Below the pieces are notes generated by a model that worked only from the letters and a program-made list of their open reading frames with translations, had not been told where the DNA came from and ran no database searches. A program made the position numbers and the translations under genes. Shown here in pieces: positions 60,572-64,000 of a stretch of DNA of 64,000 nucleotides (its first letter is position 1; the number at the start of each line of letters is the position of its first letter). Source of the stretch: an uncultured Solirubrobacterales bacterium (GTDB lineage Bacteria; Actinomycetota; Thermoleophilia; Solirubrobacterales; Solirubrobacteraceae); the NCBI GenBank assembly GCA_963815565.1, contig CAWFHB010000003.1:470329-534328 (forward strand). The letters run 5' to 3'.

Positions 60572-61573
60572 CTAGCGGAGCTCGGCCGGGTCGACGTCGT
60601 CGAGCAGCCCGAGTGGGGTGATGACGCCGTCCTCGATGACGAGCGCCCCACCCGGCCAGTACGGATGCGGCGGCGAGGCGCCCGCGAGGAGCAGCGGCTC
60701 GTAGACCCAGCAGCCGCTGTTCCAGAGCTTGCGCCCGTCGGCCTCCCACTCGTCGCGGTCGTCCCGAGAGCGGGGCCCGGAGCGGTGCAGGTGGCCGAAG
60801 AGCACGTGCTCCTCGGCGACGCCCAGGCGCGCGTTCACGGAAGCCATGGCGGGCAGCCCGACGCGGCGGAACTGGTAGCCGAGCACGCCCGCGCTCAGCG
60901 GTGCGAGCAGTCCGCTGCCCGGGAGTGCGTCGGCGATCGGGAGCACCGCGACGCCGGCCAGGCGAATGATGCTCGCGAGCCGGTCGATGGGCTCGCCGAT
61001 GAGCGGCGGGAACGCCGAGGCCATCGCCGCGCCGAGGGCGGCGATCGAGGTCCCGAGCGCGCGCTCGTAGTCCTCCGGGGTCGCCGGTGCGGGGACCTGG
61101 GGCTGGCGGACGAGGTGCCGGTCGAGGTAGTGGCCGTGGTGGGCCCAGATCTGCTCGCCGAGGCGGACGCCGGGGTAGCGCACCTGCACCCGCGCGGGCT
61201 TCAGCCAGCCGGCGATCGCCTGCAGGTCCGGGTTGGAGCGGAGCGGGACGCGGTCGGAGAGGCCGATCTGCACGCCGTCCGCGCGCCGCTCGCGCAGCCA
61301 GGGGCGCACGAGCGCGTGGTCGTGGTTGCCGGGCAGCAGGATGACGTCGGTGTCCTCCCCCATGGCGTCGCCGATCGCCCGGAGCACCGGCTCCGCGTCG
61401 GCCAGCGCGCCGCGCGGGCGGCCCTCGAGCATCTCGACCGTGTCCCCGAGAAGGACGAGCCGGTCGACGTCCTCGAGCTCCGCGCAGAGGCGCTCCAGCG
61501 CGGCGGGCCGGCGCAGCACGTCGCGCTGCAGGCGCGAGCCGAGATGGAGGTCGGAGATGACGAGCGTGCGCAA
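60572..61573 (-). CDS. Calcineurin-like metallophosphoesterase
   Basis: VISDLHLG, LLGDTVE, PGNHD, HGH, FGHLH, NSGCW; TTG start with TAGCCT 7 nt upstream. Confidence 0.88.
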   Translation of the reverse strand: MRTLVISDLHLGSRLQRDVLRRPAALERLCAELEDVDRLVLLGDTVEMLEGRPRGALADAEPVLRAIGDAMGEDTDVILLPGNHDHALVRPWLRERRADGVQIGLSDRVPLRSNPDLQAIAGWLKPARVQVRYPGVRLGEQIWAHHGHYLDRHLVRQPQVPAPATPEDYERALGTSIAALGAAMASAFPPLIGEPIDRLASIIRLAGVAVLPIADALPGSGLLAPLSAGVLGYQFRRVGLPAMASVNARLGVAEEHVLFGHLHRSGPRSRDDRDEWEADGRKLWNSGCWVYEPLLLAGASPPHPYWPGGALVIEDGVITPLGLLDDVDPAELR

Positions 61574-61583
61574 GACGGCCAGG

Positions 61584-62858
61584 CTACGCGGCGGCCGCGC
61601 GCTCGCGCAGCGTCGTGGCGACCTCGACCGCGGTGCGCCGACCCGAGGCGAGCGCCCCGTTGAGCGAGGCGGTGTCGCGGTGATCACCGCAGACCCAGAG
61701 CCCGGGTCCGCGCCGCACCGGACGCTGCGGCGGCTCCAGCGCTCCGGGCCGCTGTGCGGGCTGAGCGTGCTCGATGCGGTCCACCCGGAGGCGGCGCCAG
61801 GCGTCGACCTGCGGGCCGAACCAGCCGCGCAGCTGGCCGCGCACCGCGGCGTCCAGCGCATCGTCGTCCTGCGGCGCGAGGCCGGACATGCTCGCGTTGA
61901 CGAGCGAGCGCCCGGCCGGCGCGTAGGCGGGCGCCACGTCGGAGAGCACCGCCACGTTGTTCACCGGGCCGGTGCCCTGCCCGTCGAGGACGAGCGCGCC
62001 GCCCGGGCAGGGCGAAGCGGGTGCATCGAACCATACGCAGGTGGTCGAGACCGAGCCCGGATCCGGCAGGCCGGTCACGAGGTGCGCCGCCTCCGGCCCC
62101 TCGACCGCGACCACCACGGCCGAGGCGTCGAGGCGCACCCCGCCGGTGAGGGTGACGCCGTCGTCGTCGACCGCGACGGCCCGGGTGCCGAGCCGGACGC
62201 TCCCGAACGGGAGCGCAGCGGCGATCTGCTCCGGCAGTTGACCCATTCCCTGCGCGGGCACGACGGTCGGCCCGTCGAGGAGCGAGCCGAGGACGAAGCG
62301 GGCGAAGCGACCGCTGACCGCGAGCTCGGGATCGAGCGTGATCCCGGCGAGGAACGGGCGGAAGAAGCCATCGATGAGGGAGTCGCTCAGGCCGGCGGCC
62401 TGGAGCTCCGCGCGGGTGCTCGGCTCGTCGACCCCCGCCGGGTCACCCGCGGCCAGGCCGTGCCGCACGCTGCGGCGGCTTGCGGCAAGGAGCCGGAGGA
62501 GCGCGACCGCGTCACCGGGTCGCGCGAGTCCGTTCAGGGCGCCGAGCGCGGCGAGCGGGTGCCGGCGCGGGTCGGCCACCGTGATCGCCCGGCCGCCACG
62601 CTGAACGACCGCCCCCGGATAGAACGCCTTCAGGTCGAGCGCGTCGTAGTCGAGCTGCGCCCTGCACTCCGGGTAACCCGCCAGCAGCACCTGGAACCCG
62701 CGATCGAGGAGGAACCCGTCGACGCGGTCGGTGCGCACGCGCCCCCCGACCCCGTCGGAGGCCTCGATCACCTGCACCTCGGCGCCGCGCGCGTTCAGCT
62801 CACGCGCACAGGCGAGGCCGGCCAGGCCGGCTCCTACGACGACGACGGGAAGGCTCAT
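61584..62858 (-). CDS. FAD-dependent oxidoreductase (amine oxidase/phytoene-dehydrogenase-like)
   Basis: VVGAGLAGL, EASDGVGGRVRTDRVDGFLLDRGFQV, VCGDHRDTASLNGALASG. Confidence 0.9.
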   Translation of the reverse strand: MSLPVVVVGAGLAGLACARELNARGAEVQVIEASDGVGGRVRTDRVDGFLLDRGFQVLLAGYPECRAQLDYDALDLKAFYPGAVVQRGGRAITVADPRRHPLAALGALNGLARPGDAVALLRLLAASRRSVRHGLAAGDPAGVDEPSTRAELQAAGLSDSLIDGFFRPFLAGITLDPELAVSGRFARFVLGSLLDGPTVVPAQGMGQLPEQIAAALPFGSVRLGTRAVAVDDDGVTLTGGVRLDASAVVVAVEGPEAAHLVTGLPDPGSVSTTCVWFDAPASPCPGGALVLDGQGTGPVNNVAVLSDVAPAYAPAGRSLVNASMSGLAPQDDDALDAAVRGQLRGWFGPQVDAWRRLRVDRIEHAQPAQRPGALEPPQRPVRRGPGLWVCGDHRDTASLNGALASGRRTAVEVATTLRERAAAA

Positions 62859-62883
62859 CGCGACGGGTACGGCGCCGCGCCGC

Positions 62884-63507
62884 TCAGAGATCGGCGGCGC
62901 CGAACGCGCCGAGCCGACCGAGCGCAAGCTGCACGCCCGGCCCGATGAGCAGGGCGAAGGCGAGCGTGCCGATGCCGATCGTCCCCCCGAGCGCGACCCC
63001 GATGGCGGCGGCCGCCACCTCGATGCTGCCGCGCGTGAGCCGGATCGAGTGGCCGGTCTTCAGGGCCAGCCCGGTCATGAGCCCGTCGCGCGGGCCGGGC
63101 CCGAGACGCGCCGTGAGGTAGATACCCGAGCCGACGCTCACGATCGCGATCGCGGCCAGCACCTCGAGGCCGCGGAGGACGAGGTGGTCGGTCCCGTCAC
63201 CCAGGACCAGGAGCGTCACGTCGATGGCGAGGCCGACGACCACCGCGTTGACGATCGTCCCGAGCCCCGGCCGCTGTCGCAGCGGGATCCAGATGAGCAG
63301 CAGCAGGAACGAGATGGCGATGGTGACCGTCCCGATCGCCACGCCCGTCTGCTGCGTGACGCCTCCGGCCAGGACGCTCCACGGGGAGTTCCCGAGCGCG
63401 GAGTGCACGAGGACGCCCTCCCCGACCCCGAAGATCGCGCAGCCGAGGACCACGCGGGCCAGGCGCGCCGGGGAGGCACGCCAGCGGGAGGGCAGAGCGT
63501 CGGGCAC
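62884..63507 (-). CDS. YczE/YyaS/YitT family membrane protein
   Basis: LGNSPWSVLAGG, GLGTIVN, YLTARLGPGPRDGLMTGL, GGTIGIGT. Confidence 0.88.
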   Translation of the reverse strand: MPDALPSRWRASPARLARVVLGCAIFGVGEGVLVHSALGNSPWSVLAGGVTQQTGVAIGTVTIAISFLLLLIWIPLRQRPGLGTIVNAVVVGLAIDVTLLVLGDGTDHLVLRGLEVLAAIAIVSVGSGIYLTARLGPGPRDGLMTGLALKTGHSIRLTRGSIEVAAAAIGVALGGTIGIGTLAFALLIGPGVQLALGRLGAFGAADL

Positions 63508-63593
63508 GCGCGGCACTGTGGCAGGCCGCGCCCTCGACCGGCGTGTTCCCGAATCCACCTATGGCGTGGATCTGCGAACCCGCCGCCCGCGCT

Positions 63594-64000
63594 TCAGGCC
63601 AGCGTGGAGACCGCCCGCGCGATCGGCGTGTCTCCGTCCATGACCTCGAAGGTCTGCCCGATCGTCTGCGGCGTCTCGAGGACCGCGGCCAGCACGGCCG
63701 CGACGTCGGCACGGGCGATCTCCCCCGGACGGCCGAAGTGCGCCGCGCAGGCGACGGTCCCGGAGGGCTCGTCGTCGGTCAGCCGCCCTGGCCGCACGAT
63801 GGTGAAGTCGAGCCCGGACTTGCTGAGCGCCACGTCGGCCTGCAGCTTGGCCTCGAGGTACGGACCCATCTCACCGGCGCTCCCCGCCTTCTCGGTCCCC
63901 ACCGTGGAGACCATCACGTAGCGGCTCACCCCGGCCGCCTGGGCCGCGCCGATGAGCCGGACGGCGCCGCCGAGGTCGACGTCCCGCTTGCGCTGCGGGC
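63594..64000 (-). CDS. NAD(P)H-binding atypical SDR/epimerase, C-terminal part; start lies beyond the window
   Basis: RYVMVS, YLEAK, TIVRPGRLTD, IARADVAAV. Confidence 0.85.
   Translation of the reverse strand, partial: PQRKRDVDLGGAVRLIGAAQAAGVSRYVMVSTVGTEKAGSAGEMGPYLEAKLQADVALSKSGLDFTIVRPGRLTDDEPSGTVACAAHFGRPGEIARADVAAVLAAVLETPQTIGQTFEVMDGDTPIARAVSTLA

Overview
Very GC-rich actinobacterial chromosome segment, most consistent with class Thermoleophilia/Solirubrobacterales (inference from furA-katG, F420-dependent Ddn, pervasive leaderless TANNNT promoters and secreted proteins with Arg-rich C-terminal domains). About 60 protein genes, mostly metabolic, lipid, redox and envelope functions, plus tRNA-Thr(GGT) and tRNA-Tyr(GTA). 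No CRISPR array, transposase or integrase was found. Main points: (1) a PD-(D/E)XK endonuclease gene with a perfect LexA-type box over a leaderless promoter, whose reading frame runs through the whole downstream tRNA-Tyr; (2) a TetR-associated FAD-oxidoreductase plus nitrilase-fold operon whose hydrolase lacks the canonical catalytic Cys; (3) several deletion-collapsed gene remnants (10.4-11.1, 15.9-16.6, 18.8-19.3, 24.9-25.0 kb); (4) unannotated small proteins; (5) a lipid-metabolism cluster with a 28-bp operator palindrome next to the tRNA-Thr 3' end. About ten otherwise intact genes are broken by small indels, probably long-read consensus errors, so remnant and pseudogene calls need read-level confirmation. 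All family assignments come from motif recognition by eye, not database searches.
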